From an uncultured Nitrososphaerales archaeon (GTDB taxonomy: Archaea > Thermoproteota > Nitrososphaeria > Nitrososphaerales > Nitrososphaeraceae), in the NCBI GenBank assembly GCA_963695855.1, contig CAVOHZ010000010.1, forward strand, positions 320,001 through 384,000: DNA of 64,000 bases. Reading direction: 5' to 3'. Made by a program: the position numbers and the translations under genes. Positions 21,239-32,513 of the stretch are shown here, one piece after another; positions within the stretch are counted from its first letter, which is position 1, and every line of letters begins with the position of its first letter. A model generated the notes under the pieces. That model was not told where the DNA came from, searched no databases, and worked only from the letters and a program-made list of their open reading frames with translations.

Positions 21239-24022
21239 TTGTACGATAAAAAGGTAGAAATATCTGGTTTATGGCATACGGTTTCTGATCTGGATGTCAT
21301 TTCAAAGTTGGGTAGTAGCTCAACAGAAGGTCTATCTGATCAAGAAGTAAAAGAAAGACGAAAAATTTATGGTGAAAATATTATACCTGAAATTAAACAT
21401 CGTTCAAAAATTCGTATTTTATTTTCCCAATTGAAAAATTTGCCAATAATATTTTTATTAATTGCAACTATTCTTGCATATTCACTGGGAAGGAACCTAG
21501 AAGCCATATCAATAATCGTGGTAGTCTTCATAACTGCAGGAATTGGTTTTGTTATGGAAAATAGTTCTGAAAGGACTATTCGATCATTGGCAAAATTAGG
21601 ATCGCCCAAAGCAAAAGTTCTTAGAAATGGAAAGGAATTCCAAATAAATGCCCATGAATTAGTAGTTGGAGATATAATTGAATTTGAAGCAGGGGATAGA
21701 ATTCCAGCAGACTGCAGATTGATAGAATCTTTTGGATTGATAATCGATGAATCGCCGCTTACAGGGGAGTCTCTTGGTATTCTTAAAGATTCTAGTTTAA
21801 TTTGCTCCAATGAAACTGAATTGGTTGAGAGAAAAAATATCTGTTACATGGGAACTATGACCCAAGAAGGAAGAGGCAAGGCTATTATTGTAAATATCGG
21901 TAAACAAACAGAAATTGGAAGAATTGGATCTCTTTTAGAGAAGGTAATTGGCGGAAAAACACCGTTTGAAAAAAAAATTGAACAGCTCGGGAAAAAATTA
22001 GTTATAGTCATTCTTTCCATAACAGTATTTTATATAGTAATAGGTTATTTTCAACATTTTCCGATAGGATCTTTATTTCTAAGTGGTATAGTTCTAGCTA
22101 TTGCTGCTGTTCCTGAGGGCTTGCCTGCTATCGCTACTATTGCACTGGCATTGGGTGTGAAGAGGATGGCAAAAAAAAATGCCCTGGTTAGAAAACTTGC
22201 AAGTGCAGAAACTTTAGGTTCAATAACAATAATATGTACTGATAAAACTGGTACATTAACCCTAAACGAACCAACTGTAAAACAAATAATTCTAGGTGAC
22301 GGCATAATTTTACAAACTACAGGGTCCGGCTTTAATCCATCTGGAAAAATATACAAGGGTGTAACTCCACCAAATGAGAAAAACCTTAATGGTTATTTAC
22401 AAAAGACAGAAGATAAAAATCAATTACTATTATTCCAAACTATAACATTATGCAATAATTCTGAATTGTATTTTGATGGAATACATTGGAAAATTAATGG
22501 TGATACGACAGAAGGAGCTTTGATAGTTGCTTCAGAAAAGATGGGGTTTAAGAAAAGAGAGTTAGAAAAGGAATATCCACGAATATGGGAAGAACCTTTT
22601 GATTCAAAAACTAGGAGAATGATCACAGTGCATAAGCAAAAAAATAAATTATTAATTTGTATAAAAGGTGCGCCGGAAGAAATTTTTCCATTATGCAAAA
22701 GAATAATGGAAAAGGACGAAGTAATTGTACTTGATGAAGAAAAAAAGAACCAATTAAATGAAAAAATCAAAGATATTACTTTACAAGGATATAGAAGCTT
22801 ATTAATAGCCTTCATGGAGGTTGAATCGAATAGTAGTAAAATTAATTACAATTACAAATTCATTATACAGAATGAAGCGATCCTATTAGGAATAGTGGCA
22901 TTATATGATTCTGTAAGACCAGGAGTTTTGAATGCTATAGATTTTATTAAAAAATCTAAAATCAGAATAATGATGATAACAGGAGATCATCCATTGACCG
23001 CAAAAGCAATAGCAAAGGAACTGGGAATATGGAATATTGATAACAATGTTCCAGACGAATTTATGATGATAACAGGAAAAGAATTAGAAAAGTTATCTGT
23101 TGATAAATTGGCAGAAAAAGTTGAAAGAATAAGAGTTTTCGCCAGAACTACTCCAGAATATAAATTAAAGATAGTTGAAGCACTCCAAAGAAAGGGACAC
23201 ATAGTAGCAATGACTGGGGACGGAATAAATGATTCTCCAGCTTTAAAACAAGCAGACATTGGAGTAGCAATGGGAGAAAAAGGTACTGATGTTGCGAAAG
23301 AATCTGCGGGATTGATATTGTTAGATGATAATTTCAATACCATAACCCATGCAATCGAATTAGGTCGATTAATCTTATTCAATATAAGAAAATTTGCAAT
23401 GTTTCTATTGTCGTGTAATTTAAGTGAGATAATGGTAATGTTATTGGCGATAGCACTATCACTACCATTCCCCTTACTTCCTCTTCAATTACTATTAATG
23501 AATATGGTAACAGATACATTTCCAGCATTAGCCCTTGCTGCAGAAAAGGCAAACAGAGATGAATTGATGTTACGTCTTCCATCCAAAAACGAACCGGTAA
23601 TTTCAAGAAAAGAATGGTATTCCATATTCATTCAATCTCTATTTATGACCATTGGCACAATTGGAATTTTTCTCTGGGCACTAAATACAGATGAAGAAAG
23701 GATTGTTGCACAAACTCTAGTTTTTGCAACCATTGGAATGACACAGATCTTACACGTATTAAATTATTCATCATTACTTCGGAGATTTATTGATAATAAT
23801 CATAGAATAAATAAATATCTAATCGGTGCTATTTTACTCTCTTTAGGTATATTATTCATTGCAGTTGATGTAGAACCTATTAATGACATCTTTGAGCTAC
23901 ACAGGTTAAATTTGAGTGAATGGCTAACTTCATTATTTGTTTCCTCACTTTCTGTTTTTGGTGCTAGTTTAACTATTCGTATATTTAATAGTAAAATACC
24001 TTTCTTAAAAAACCTTAAATAA
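21239..24022 (+). CDS. P-type cation-transporting ATPase (P2A, Ca2+-type)
   Basis: TGES, PEGL, DKTGTLT, KGAPE, TGD and GDGINDSPALK motifs. Confidence 0.95.
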   Translation: MYDKKVEISGLWHTVSDLDVISKLGSSSTEGLSDQEVKERRKIYGENIIPEIKHRSKIRILFSQLKNLPIIFLLIATILAYSLGRNLEAISIIVVVFITAGIGFVMENSSERTIRSLAKLGSPKAKVLRNGKEFQINAHELVVGDIIEFEAGDRIPADCRLIESFGLIIDESPLTGESLGILKDSSLICSNETELVERKNICYMGTMTQEGRGKAIIVNIGKQTEIGRIGSLLEKVIGGKTPFEKKIEQLGKKLVIVILSITVFYIVIGYFQHFPIGSLFLSGIVLAIAAVPEGLPAIATIALALGVKRMAKKNALVRKLASAETLGSITIICTDKTGTLTLNEPTVKQIILGDGIILQTTGSGFNPSGKIYKGVTPPNEKNLNGYLQKTEDKNQLLLFQTITLCNNSELYFDGIHWKINGDTTEGALIVASEKMGFKKRELEKEYPRIWEEPFDSKTRRMITVHKQKNKLLICIKGAPEEIFPLCKRIMEKDEVIVLDEEKKNQLNEKIKDITLQGYRSLLIAFMEVESNSSKINYNYKFIIQNEAILLGIVALYDSVRPGVLNAIDFIKKSKIRIMMITGDHPLTAKAIAKELGIWNIDNNVPDEFMMITGKELEKLSVDKLAEKVERIRVFARTTPEYKLKIVEALQRKGHIVAMTGDGINDSPALKQADIGVAMGEKGTDVAKESAGLILLDDNFNTITHAIELGRLILFNIRKFAMFLLSCNLSEIMVMLLAIALSLPFPLLPLQLLLMNMVTDTFPALALAAEKANRDELMLRLPSKNEPVISRKEWYSIFIQSLFMTIGTIGIFLWALNTDEERIVAQTLVFATIGMTQILHVLNYSSLLRRFIDNNHRINKYLIGAILLSLGILFIAVDVEPINDIFELHRLNLSEWLTSLFVSSLSVFGASLTIRIFNSKIPFLKNLK

Positions 24023-24254
24023 ACAATTGCAATAAAACAGATTAAACGAAATCAAAGAAGTTGTAGACAAATATAATAAAAAAAGAGATGTAAAATATGG
24101 CAGGTGGTAAATTATAAAAAGTAACAAATCACAGGTACTTAACTGAACATTATTCTTTGTTTATGGCTTAATTTATTAATGTCTTAATTTTCCATTCGAT
24201 TAATAACAAAACTCTCAAAAAAAGAATGAAATAATTGAAGAATAAGAAAGTCTA

Positions 24255-24563
24255 TCAATAATTCCTTGAGATCATACAAGCATTTCTTCCTAGAAAAGTA
24301 AGTGAAATCTTATTTTCCATATGAAATTGAATGTACCCTGATTCCTTCTCTAACCACTCAAGAAATTTATTAAAAGATTCTCTTTGAACATTTTTAAACG
24401 ATTTTTTATAAATCTCATCAATATCAAAGATCGGAATATTGCCTGTCTTCATAGAATGATTATCTCGAGAACAAAGTTCTCGCAAAAGTTTATCTTCCAT
24501 CCCTCTAATATCCTTGTATGAATCTTCGAGATTTGTTTCAGTAATATTTTTCATAATATTCAC
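24255..24563 (-). CDS. Hypothetical wHTH-like small protein
   Basis: LEWLEKESGYI...ISLTFLG. Confidence 0.45.
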   Translation of the reverse strand: MNIMKNITETNLEDSYKDIRGMEDKLLRELCSRDNHSMKTGNIPIFDIDEIYKKSFKNVQRESFNKFLEWLEKESGYIQFHMENKISLTFLGRNACMISRNY

Positions 24564-25068
24564 CTTTCATCTACAGTCCTTCACTTATAGTAGTAGTAAC
24601 AGTTCTTTTTCTACATATCGCTACAAATCTTCCATTCAAGATTTCTTTTATTATATCAGGCATAGAACAAATTCCAATAATTCTTCCGACATTTTCAATA
24701 ACTAGAGGCATGGAAATGCTGTTCTTATCCATTTTTACACATCGAGGGTCTATGGTTTTACATACCTCAAAATAATTAGATATTGCTTAACAAAAATTTT
24801 TAATAATTGTTATTTTGTGAGAATACTAAAACGTCGAATAAATTGAATCCCCGATATATGAACATGAATTCATCGTTTGTACCGAATTTGTCAACATATG
24901 ATAAGTAGTTAGCGGTATATGTTTTACCGTAACGTCCATGCTAGCAACATTCATCAGAAACAAAATATGTACTTATTAGTTCATTTATTAGAAAGATATA
25001 TGGCTTGTCGCACGTGATGTACTCGGCAATGACTGAAATACAGAATCATGAAAATAATAACAATAATT

Positions 25069-25124
25069 AATTGTCTACACATGTAAAGGTGGACAAATTG
25101 TCTACACATGTAAAGGTGGACAAA
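25069..25124. repeat. 27-bp tandem duplication of a palindromic unit
   Basis: aattgtctacacatgtaaaggtggaca occurs twice; ttgtctac/gtggacaa form imperfect inverted arms. Confidence 0.9.
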
Positions 25125-25206
25125 AATTTAGATAATTTAAAAAAGAGTCAAATAAACTAAACCCAAGAATTTCTAAAACAGTAAAAAGTAATATTTACAA
25201 TCTATT

Positions 25207-25869
25207 TCATCTATATTTTGACATTATGTCTAACACTTGATTATCAGTTACCTCTGAGAAGTTCTGATAAAACTCTCCTACTGCAAAAAAAATCAATGGC
25301 GTACTTAAAATAATTGTTTTGTCTACTAATTTGGAAATTAAATTTGCAGTATCTCGTGGTGCTACAGGCACTGCCAGAATTATTTGTTTTGGATTTTGAT
25401 TTCGTAGCCATTTTATGGCTGCAAAGGTAGTTGCACCCGTAGCAATTCCATCATCAACTAAAATGATAGTATTATTTTTTAGATCATAACTATCATCTCC
25501 ACGGAATTTGTTCAACCTAGTTTTAATTTCTTTAACTTTACTACTTATTTGTTTTTTTATAAATTCTTGAGAAATATCTAACTTTTCAATTAGGTGTTCG
25601 TTAGGAAAAAAACTTCCATCATAAGTGACTGCACCGATAGCAAGCTCAGTGTTATCTGGTGAACCTATTTTTTTTGAAATAATGATGTCTAATTTTACAT
25701 TTAGAGATGATGCTATAATGTCACCTAGGACTATACCTCCTCTGGGAATTGCAAGAACCGTAATTGGGTAATCATTTTTATCAATAATTTTTTTCAATTC
25801 ATTAACAAGTAGAGCAGCTGCTGCTTCTCGATTTTCGAATCTTATATTGTTTTGACTGATATTTATCAT
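25207..25869 (-). CDS. Type I phosphoribosyltransferase (Rv0571c/Rv2030c-N-like family); probable start at ATG 25869 rather than 26058
   Basis: FENREAA...VLAIPRGG...ILVDDGIATGAT...AVPVAP...AVGEFY.NFSEVTD. Confidence 0.88.
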   Translation of the reverse strand: MINISQNNIRFENREAAAALLVNELKKIIDKNDYPITVLAIPRGGIVLGDIIASSLNVKLDIIISKKIGSPDNTELAIGAVTYDGSFFPNEHLIEKLDISQEFIKKQISSKVKEIKTRLNKFRGDDSYDLKNNTIILVDDGIATGATTFAAIKWLRNQNPKQIILAVPVAPRDTANLISKLVDKTIILSTPLIFFAVGEFYQNFSEVTDNQVLDIMSKYR

Positions 25870-26379
25870 TAGTTTGAAACTCAAATTTAAGCGTAATGTA
25901 TAATATTGATTTAAGGAAAGGTTATCTTCTATCAGGTAAAGAATTGCTTTAATATTCCCTTTCTGCCACTTCATCGTGACAGTATTTACATAAACCACAA
26001 ATTTTACAGGTTTGTGATATTGTATTTCCACATTTGGGACAGACACTTTCAGGATCATGAACAGTCACTTCATTAAATTCATGTTGAGAACGGATCCGCG
26101 TCATATTTTAGTGATTTAGTATGAGTGACACGATATATAACTCTTAAAAAGATTGTTCATTTACGATATCACTCAAAATTTCATATATTAGATCAATTCA
26201 AGATCCAAATTCAATCAAACTTATTTTTATAGAATTTGATTTGAATATGAACTAGCATGAAGGAATAGAGTCATTAAAAGTTCTTATCTTAAAAGAAAGA
26301 CGAGTTAGCAAAAACATTATCAATAATCAAATTTCATAGATATATTAAACTTTTTATCCTTTTATATTAATATTTTTTT

Positions 26380-27912
26380 ATGGACTTGGGTCTAGAGAAG
26401 AAAAGAGAAGAACATCTTCTTGCCGGAGGAAAGGAAAAATTAGAAGATCGTCGAAAAAAAGGAAAATTGACTGCGTTTGATAGAATAAATTCTATTTTTG
26501 ATCACGGTACATTTACAGAGATAGATGCATTTGTAACTCATGAATGCAGTGACTTTGATATGGACAAGAAAAAAATTCTAGGAGATGGCGTAGTTACAGG
26601 CTATGGAATGATTGACGATAGATTGATGTATGTTTTTTCCCAGGATTTTACAACATTTGGTGGATCCTTAGGGTTAGCATATTCAAGAAAGATTTGTAAG
26701 ATAATGGATCTCGCTTTGAAACAAGGTGTCCCTATAATAGGAATAAATGATTCAGGAGGAGCACGAATTCAAGAAGGAGTAGATAGTTTAGCAGGATATG
26801 CAAATATTTTTCACAGAAATGTGAAAGCATCTGGAGTAGTTCCTCAAATCTCAATGATAATGGGTCCTTGTGCTGGTGGTGCGGTCTATTCGCCTGCGAT
26901 TACTGATTTTATTATAATGACGAAATCATCATTCATGTTTATAACGGGACCCGAAGTTGTCAAAGAAGTTACAAATGAGAATGTGACCTTTGAAGAGCTA
27001 GGAGGATCAGGTGTTCATAATGTAAAAAGTGGAGTCGCTCATTTCCTTACAGAGGATGAACAAGATTGTTTCAAGATTTTAAGAACCCTTCTGTCTTTTC
27101 TACCTTCTAATAATCTAGAGAATCCACCTAAAATTGACTCCAAAGACGATCCGTCAAGAAGAGTTGAAGAACTTGATTCAATTCTTCCTTCTAGTTCAAA
27201 TATGCCTTATAATATGGAAACTGTAATCAAAAAAATTGTGGATAACGGGTTTTTCCTAGAGGTGCAAAAACATTGGTCACGCAATATAATAATTGGATTT
27301 GCTCGACTTGACGGAAATCCTGTCGGAATCGTTGCTAACAATCCAGAAGTTTTAGCTGGCGTTCTTGACATTAATTCATGCGATAAAGGAACTCGTTTTG
27401 TACGTTTTTGTGACTGTTTTAATGTTCCTCTGTTAGCTCTAGTAGACGTACCAGGTTTTTTACCAGGAACTGATCAAGAATGGGGAGGAATAATTCGTCA
27501 TGGCTCTAAACTCTTATATGCTTTCTCTGAGGCTACAGTACCCAGATTTACGGTAATTACAAGAAAAGCGTATGGAGGAGCATATTGTGTCATGAATAGT
27601 AAACATATAGGTGCAGATTATAACTTTGCTTGGCCTACAGCTGAGATTGCAGTAATGGGAGCTGAAGGGGCATCTAGTATAATATGGAAGAAGGAAATAG
27701 CAGAATCTCAAAATCCAGTTGATAAAAAATCAGAATTAGTAGAAAAATACAGGATAAAATTTAGTAATCCGTATATAGCTGCTTCAAAAGGATTTTTGGA
27801 TGATGTTATAGAACCAAATGAAACAAGATACAGACTAATATCAGCGTTCAAGGCCATTTATAGAAAAAGGGAGGAAAGATCAAAAAGAAAACATGGCAAC
27901 ATTCCTGTTTAA
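26380..27912 (+). CDS. pccB: Acyl-CoA (acetyl/propionyl-CoA) carboxylase, carboxyltransferase subunit
   Basis: DSGGARIQEG, GPCAGGAVYSPA, RKAYGGAY, KHGNIP. Confidence 0.92.
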   Translation: MDLGLEKKREEHLLAGGKEKLEDRRKKGKLTAFDRINSIFDHGTFTEIDAFVTHECSDFDMDKKKILGDGVVTGYGMIDDRLMYVFSQDFTTFGGSLGLAYSRKICKIMDLALKQGVPIIGINDSGGARIQEGVDSLAGYANIFHRNVKASGVVPQISMIMGPCAGGAVYSPAITDFIIMTKSSFMFITGPEVVKEVTNENVTFEELGGSGVHNVKSGVAHFLTEDEQDCFKILRTLLSFLPSNNLENPPKIDSKDDPSRRVEELDSILPSSSNMPYNMETVIKKIVDNGFFLEVQKHWSRNIIIGFARLDGNPVGIVANNPEVLAGVLDINSCDKGTRFVRFCDCFNVPLLALVDVPGFLPGTDQEWGGIIRHGSKLLYAFSEATVPRFTVITRKAYGGAYCVMNSKHIGADYNFAWPTAEIAVMGAEGASSIIWKKEIAESQNPVDKKSELVEKYRIKFSNPYIAASKGFLDDVIEPNETRYRLISAFKAIYRKREERSKRKHGNIPV

Positions 27913-28167
27913 AATTTTATCCTCTAATGATAGTCAAGGGCAGCATAATTCCTTTTCTGTTTTCGTTAATGCTCAATAAAGGAAATAATAGATAGAGATA
28001 AAGAAAAGTGTAAAATAGTAAAATATATGATAAAAAAATGATAAATTATAATAAATATAAATGAAAAAATGCCTCAATTTATCTAAATTCTTTCATCTTT
28101 ATGAAACCACAAAAATGAATTAAACGTTATTAACTGTTTTATATTATTTCTTAAATGTGGTTTCGAC

Positions 28168-29646
28168 ATGGTAAAGATTCTAATAGCAAATAGAGGAGAA
28201 ATTGCTATCAGGATAGCTAAAACTTGCAAAAGAATTGGAATAGAACCATACGGTGTTTTTTCAGATGCAGATAAAGAGTGTTTACATGTAAAATATTGCG
28301 ACGATGCAATCAACATAGGGGGTTTTATGCCCAATGAAAATTATCTTTGCATTGATAAAGTGATTGATGCCGCTAAAAAACTAGACTGCGATATGATTCA
28401 TCCAGGTTATGGATTCCTTTCAGAAAATCATAATTTTGTCAAGGCATGTAAAAAAGAAGGTATAGTTTTCATAGGACCTTCATATGAAGCAATGAGCCTT
28501 TCAGGAGACAAAGTAGAAGCTAGAAAGATTGCATCAAAAGTAGCTGAGACGGTTAAAGGAGAAGAAGTAATGGATGAGGACCAAGCGTCTAAAGTAGCAG
28601 AAAGGATAGGATATCCAGTAATCATTAAAGCAGTAGAGGGAGGAGGTGGCAGAGGTCTAAGAATAGCAGGGTCTCCAGAAGAGTTAGTTAATCTCTTTTT
28701 ATTGTCCAAAAACGAATCAAAAATAAGTTTTGGTTCAGATAGGCTCTATCTCGAAAAATATTTGGCAAATCCGAAGCATATTGAAGTTCAAATACTTGCA
28801 GACTATGATAGCACAGTTCATCTTGGAGAAAGAGAATGTTCTATTCAAAGAAGATATCAAAAACTGATTGAGGAAACGCCCTCCCCTAATTTAACAAAAG
28901 AGACTAGAGAAGAAATGACAGAGACGGCTATAAAGATAATTAAAGAAATTGCATATGATAATGCAGGCACCGTAGAATTTCTTTACAAAGACGGAAGATT
29001 TTATTTTATGGAAATTAATGCTAGAATTCAAGTAGAACACCCCATAACTGAGGAGGTAACAGGAGTAGACATTGTTGAACAACAAATTCGCATAGCTTCT
29101 GGTGATGGACTTACCATAAAGCAAGAGGATATAAACCCCAAAGGACATGCTATAGAATGCAGAATTAACGCTGAAAATCCTATAACTTTTGCTCCTTATC
29201 CAGGCAAAATTGATCAATTTATTCCACCTATAGGAGAAGGTATAAGAGTTGATACTGCATTATATAAAGGATACTCCATTCCTGTGTTCTATGATTCTCT
29301 TATTGCCAAATTAGTATGTCTTGGCCATTGTAGGGATGAGGCAATAGATAGGATGAAAAAATCTCTACTGTCTTTTAGAATATCAGGAATTCCGTCGACC
29401 ATTTCTTTTCACATATCTGCCATGAACGATAACGAATTTTTAAGTGGTAAATATGATACATCATTTATCAACAAAATGAAACCCTTTTCACCAAGAAATG
29501 GTGAAATAGCTGCGGCAATATTCTCATTGCTACCTACGAAACTTCAATTCATAAAAAGTCAACAATTCCGAGATGCTTGGATACAAGGAAAATTGGATTT
29601 GAATGATACGAGTTATTTAAATGATAACTGGAGATGGTCAACCTAA
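28168..29646 (+). CDS. accC: Biotin carboxylase
   Basis: ANRGEIA, HPGYGFLSEN, ERECSIQRR, RIQVEHP, YDSLIAKL. Confidence 0.95.
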   Translation: MVKILIANRGEIAIRIAKTCKRIGIEPYGVFSDADKECLHVKYCDDAINIGGFMPNENYLCIDKVIDAAKKLDCDMIHPGYGFLSENHNFVKACKKEGIVFIGPSYEAMSLSGDKVEARKIASKVAETVKGEEVMDEDQASKVAERIGYPVIIKAVEGGGGRGLRIAGSPEELVNLFLLSKNESKISFGSDRLYLEKYLANPKHIEVQILADYDSTVHLGERECSIQRRYQKLIEETPSPNLTKETREEMTETAIKIIKEIAYDNAGTVEFLYKDGRFYFMEINARIQVEHPITEEVTGVDIVEQQIRIASGDGLTIKQEDINPKGHAIECRINAENPITFAPYPGKIDQFIPPIGEGIRVDTALYKGYSIPVFYDSLIAKLVCLGHCRDEAIDRMKKSLLSFRISGIPSTISFHISAMNDNEFLSGKYDTSFINKMKPFSPRNGEIAAAIFSLLPTKLQFIKSQQFRDAWIQGKLDLNDTSYLNDNWRWST

Positions 29647-30078
29647 TTGAAGATAAAAGTTAATGATAATGAATATGATATCGAAATAGTCGGTGAAAAG
29701 GTTTTAGTCAATAATATTAATTTTGATTTAATAAGATACAGAGATAAAATTACATTAGGTAATGATACATTTTATTTGGACTTTGTAGAAGAAACCGAAC
29801 CTTCGTTAATGATAATTAATGGAGTAAGTTATGTTGTATCGAAAGATTTTTCAGATTACGGGTTGGAAAAGGAAATACGAGCTCCAATAAATGGAAAAAT
29901 CACAGATCTACTTGTTAATATTAATGATCGTATAGAGAAGGATCAAACTATTTTGGTTCTTGAGGCTATGAAAATGGAGAATCAAATAAAATCTCATCTG
30001 AAAGGAGTAATTCAGAAAATATATGTATCCAAGGACCAATTAGTAAAAAAAGGAGATATCCTTGTGAAATTTGAATGA
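29647..30078 (+). CDS. accB: Biotin carboxyl carrier protein
   Basis: LEAMKMEN biotinylation motif; abuts accC. Confidence 0.92.
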   Translation: MKIKVNDNEYDIEIVGEKVLVNNINFDLIRYRDKITLGNDTFYLDFVEETEPSLMIINGVSYVVSKDFSDYGLEKEIRAPINGKITDLLVNINDRIEKDQTILVLEAMKMENQIKSHLKGVIQKIYVSKDQLVKKGDILVKFE

Positions 30079-30362
30079 CGTGGCATTTTTCGACTAAATA
30101 TTTAAGAGATAGATAGATACCTATAGAAATATTTGTTTCCTGAGCGAGCGTATGCAAGAATGACATCAAATAAAGAATTTAATCTATTTCGATTAGCAAT
30201 GCATTACACTAGATACTAGATAGTCATAGTTCCTAGTACTCTAAAAATAATCAAGATGATGTACCAGGAATTTTTTATAAGTTTATAAACATAGTATGTG
30301 TATTAAAATTGTGTTTTTTAATAAAAATTATATTTATTACGTAAAAACTTGATGCAAAGAAT

Positions 30363-31583
30363 ATGACTGAAAAATGTGACTTAAAGTTATTGATGGTGTC
30401 GACGGAATATCCACCAATGAAAGGAGGCGTTGGAAGGTATACACATAGTTTAGTAAATGCAATGAAAGGAATAGGTATCGATACGTACGTTGTATCAGCA
30501 GAAGAAGGTAATGGAGATTACAAAGGGTTATCACCATATAACAAGAATAATTCAGATCTGTTATTAAAGATAGTAAATGAATTACAGCCAGATATAGTAC
30601 ATATTCAGATGGAACATGGATTATACGGACTGAATTTTAGATCACTTTTTCCAGGTAAAATAACTACTTCGTTAGACTCTTTTTATTCAAAATGTCGCAA
30701 ACCAATAGTAACAACTTTTCACTCTGCATATGATTTTCAAGAATGGGTGAATTTAGATCCCAATTTACAAGGAACAGTTTATCTTGAAAAAATAAAATGG
30801 AAAATAAAGAAATTAAGAAATTATTGGATCAGATCAATAAACTATGAGCCATTTAACAATCTGAACGAGCAAATTTTCAAACATAGTAAGGCAGGAATTG
30901 TATTATCCAACCATTTATGCAATTTTATACCAGGATGTAAAGTTATTTATCATGGCTCTGAACCAGCGATTCCTCAAAAGATAACAAAACAGTTTGCTAG
31001 AAAAAAATTACATCTTCCAGATAATGGGAGAATAGCACTTTCTTTAGGCTTTTTTACCTTCACTAAGGGGTGGGATATTATTAATAAAATAGATATTCCT
31101 AAAAATTGGACGATAGTTCTAAATCATTCAAGAAATCATTTTAGTAACCAGGAATACAACTTAGATTTCAATGAAAGTAGGCATAGAGACAGAATAATGA
31201 ATTTGAATAAGGATTATCTATCAGAGGAAGAGATGTCATTATTACTTTACGCTTCAGATATTGTATTTTTGCCATATAGAGTTAGTTCTGGTTCAGGAGT
31301 AATGTTTGATGGATTTGGACATGATTTGCCATTCCTTGCTTCTAGTCTAGGTTTCTTTAAAGAATTTGAAGACTTACATCTAGGTATGACAAGAGAAGGA
31401 AAACCGGAGGAATTTACAAAGGGACTAGAAGTCATTGACAGGAATTATGATATGTATGTATCAAATGTTATAAGGTTTAAAGAAAAACTAAAATGGTGTG
31501 ATATTGCAACGCAACATGTAAATATTTATAAAAGCTGTGTTGAAAAAACAAAAAATGTCAATAAGGAAATACCAATAAACTAA
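30363..31583 (+). CDS. GT4-family glycosyltransferase
   Basis: STEYPP..GGVGRYT, PDIVHIQ, FLPY...SGSGV. Confidence 0.85.
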   Translation: MTEKCDLKLLMVSTEYPPMKGGVGRYTHSLVNAMKGIGIDTYVVSAEEGNGDYKGLSPYNKNNSDLLLKIVNELQPDIVHIQMEHGLYGLNFRSLFPGKITTSLDSFYSKCRKPIVTTFHSAYDFQEWVNLDPNLQGTVYLEKIKWKIKKLRNYWIRSINYEPFNNLNEQIFKHSKAGIVLSNHLCNFIPGCKVIYHGSEPAIPQKITKQFARKKLHLPDNGRIALSLGFFTFTKGWDIINKIDIPKNWTIVLNHSRNHFSNQEYNLDFNESRHRDRIMNLNKDYLSEEEMSLLLYASDIVFLPYRVSSGSGVMFDGFGHDLPFLASSLGFFKEFEDLHLGMTREGKPEEFTKGLEVIDRNYDMYVSNVIRFKEKLKWCDIATQHVNIYKSCVEKTKNVNKEIPIN

Positions 31584-32036
31584 AGAATCGTTATGATTTG
31601 AGATACTGAATATACCAATGATCCGAAATATCGGCTAAAATAGGAATAATTAATAGTTTTATCTTTTTAATATAATTATTTCAGTGAATTTTTTTTGTAT
31701 TCTCAAAAACTATCCAAATAAAGAAAAAAAATATATGATAAGGAAATAATATAATTTCAAAAAATACTATACAATTTAGGAAGAATTTTTAATGTTAAAA
31801 ATGTATATCAATTAAACTAAATCCTTATTTTCAGTGTAATGCACAACAAACAAAAGCCTTTTAAGTTACTATATAATCTCTACTATTAGAAAATTGTGCA
31901 AAACAGAAAACATGATCCTAAATATAAGGTCGGTTAGGAATTCAATATGCACACATCCACATTACTATATACGATCTGGAAATTATACTTGGATTATACC
32001 AGGTTTTAATATTGAAATAAATTAAATGAATTTAAA

Positions 32037-32423
32037 ATGATTCAAAGGAATTTCATGAAACAAATTTGTCTGCAAATGCTCGACACCAATAAGAAAGTAG
32101 ATTTTGTTGGGATATTAGGAAAAAATGCTAAGCTAATTACTGGTAAAAGTAACAATATGGTTAAAGACTTGACCTTTGATTCCAAGATAATCCAAGAATT
32201 ACCTTCGGTGCTTGAAATATTTGAACTAATCAAAAGTTGTGATTTTGAAAAGGTATGGCATGTCGGAGAATTAGCATATTCGACTATCGAGTCATGCAAA
32301 TTAATATTAGTTATTTTGCCACTTTACAATGCTAGACAAGAATTCATTTGTTTTTTATTAACTAATGATCAAAATAAAGATAATGTTGAACCTATGATTG
32401 AAGAAGTTCTATTTGGATTATAA
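32037..32423 (+). CDS. Roadblock/DUF6659-like small protein
   Basis: KVDFVGIL...GELAYS pattern shared with 50076..50465. Confidence 0.45.
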   Translation: MIQRNFMKQICLQMLDTNKKVDFVGILGKNAKLITGKSNNMVKDLTFDSKIIQELPSVLEIFELIKSCDFEKVWHVGELAYSTIESCKLILVILPLYNARQEFICFLLTNDQNKDNVEPMIEEVLFGL

Positions 32424-32513
32424 CACAGTATTATTTATTATCGATTGATAGTTTTGAATAGAACAAAAAACAATTAAATAATTATTTTAAAAAAGATATA
32501 AAATTTTTTTCGT

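Noticed and set aside
21367-23606. Several antisense ORFs inside the P-type ATPase (and similar shadow ORFs in accC, pccB, SDR, YyaL, serA, trpS and the GGR gene)
   Set aside because: They lie opposite well-conserved genes, have no motifs, and are expected from codon bias.
25069-25124. Possible CRISPR repeat pair
   Set aside because: The units abut with no spacer, there are only two copies, and no cas genes are in the window.
25870-26058. N-terminal extension of the PRTase in the ORF track (and likewise for pncA, coaD and ferredoxin 60852)
   Set aside because: The extensions run through AT-rich promoter-like DNA or overlap neighbours; family homology starts at downstream start codons.
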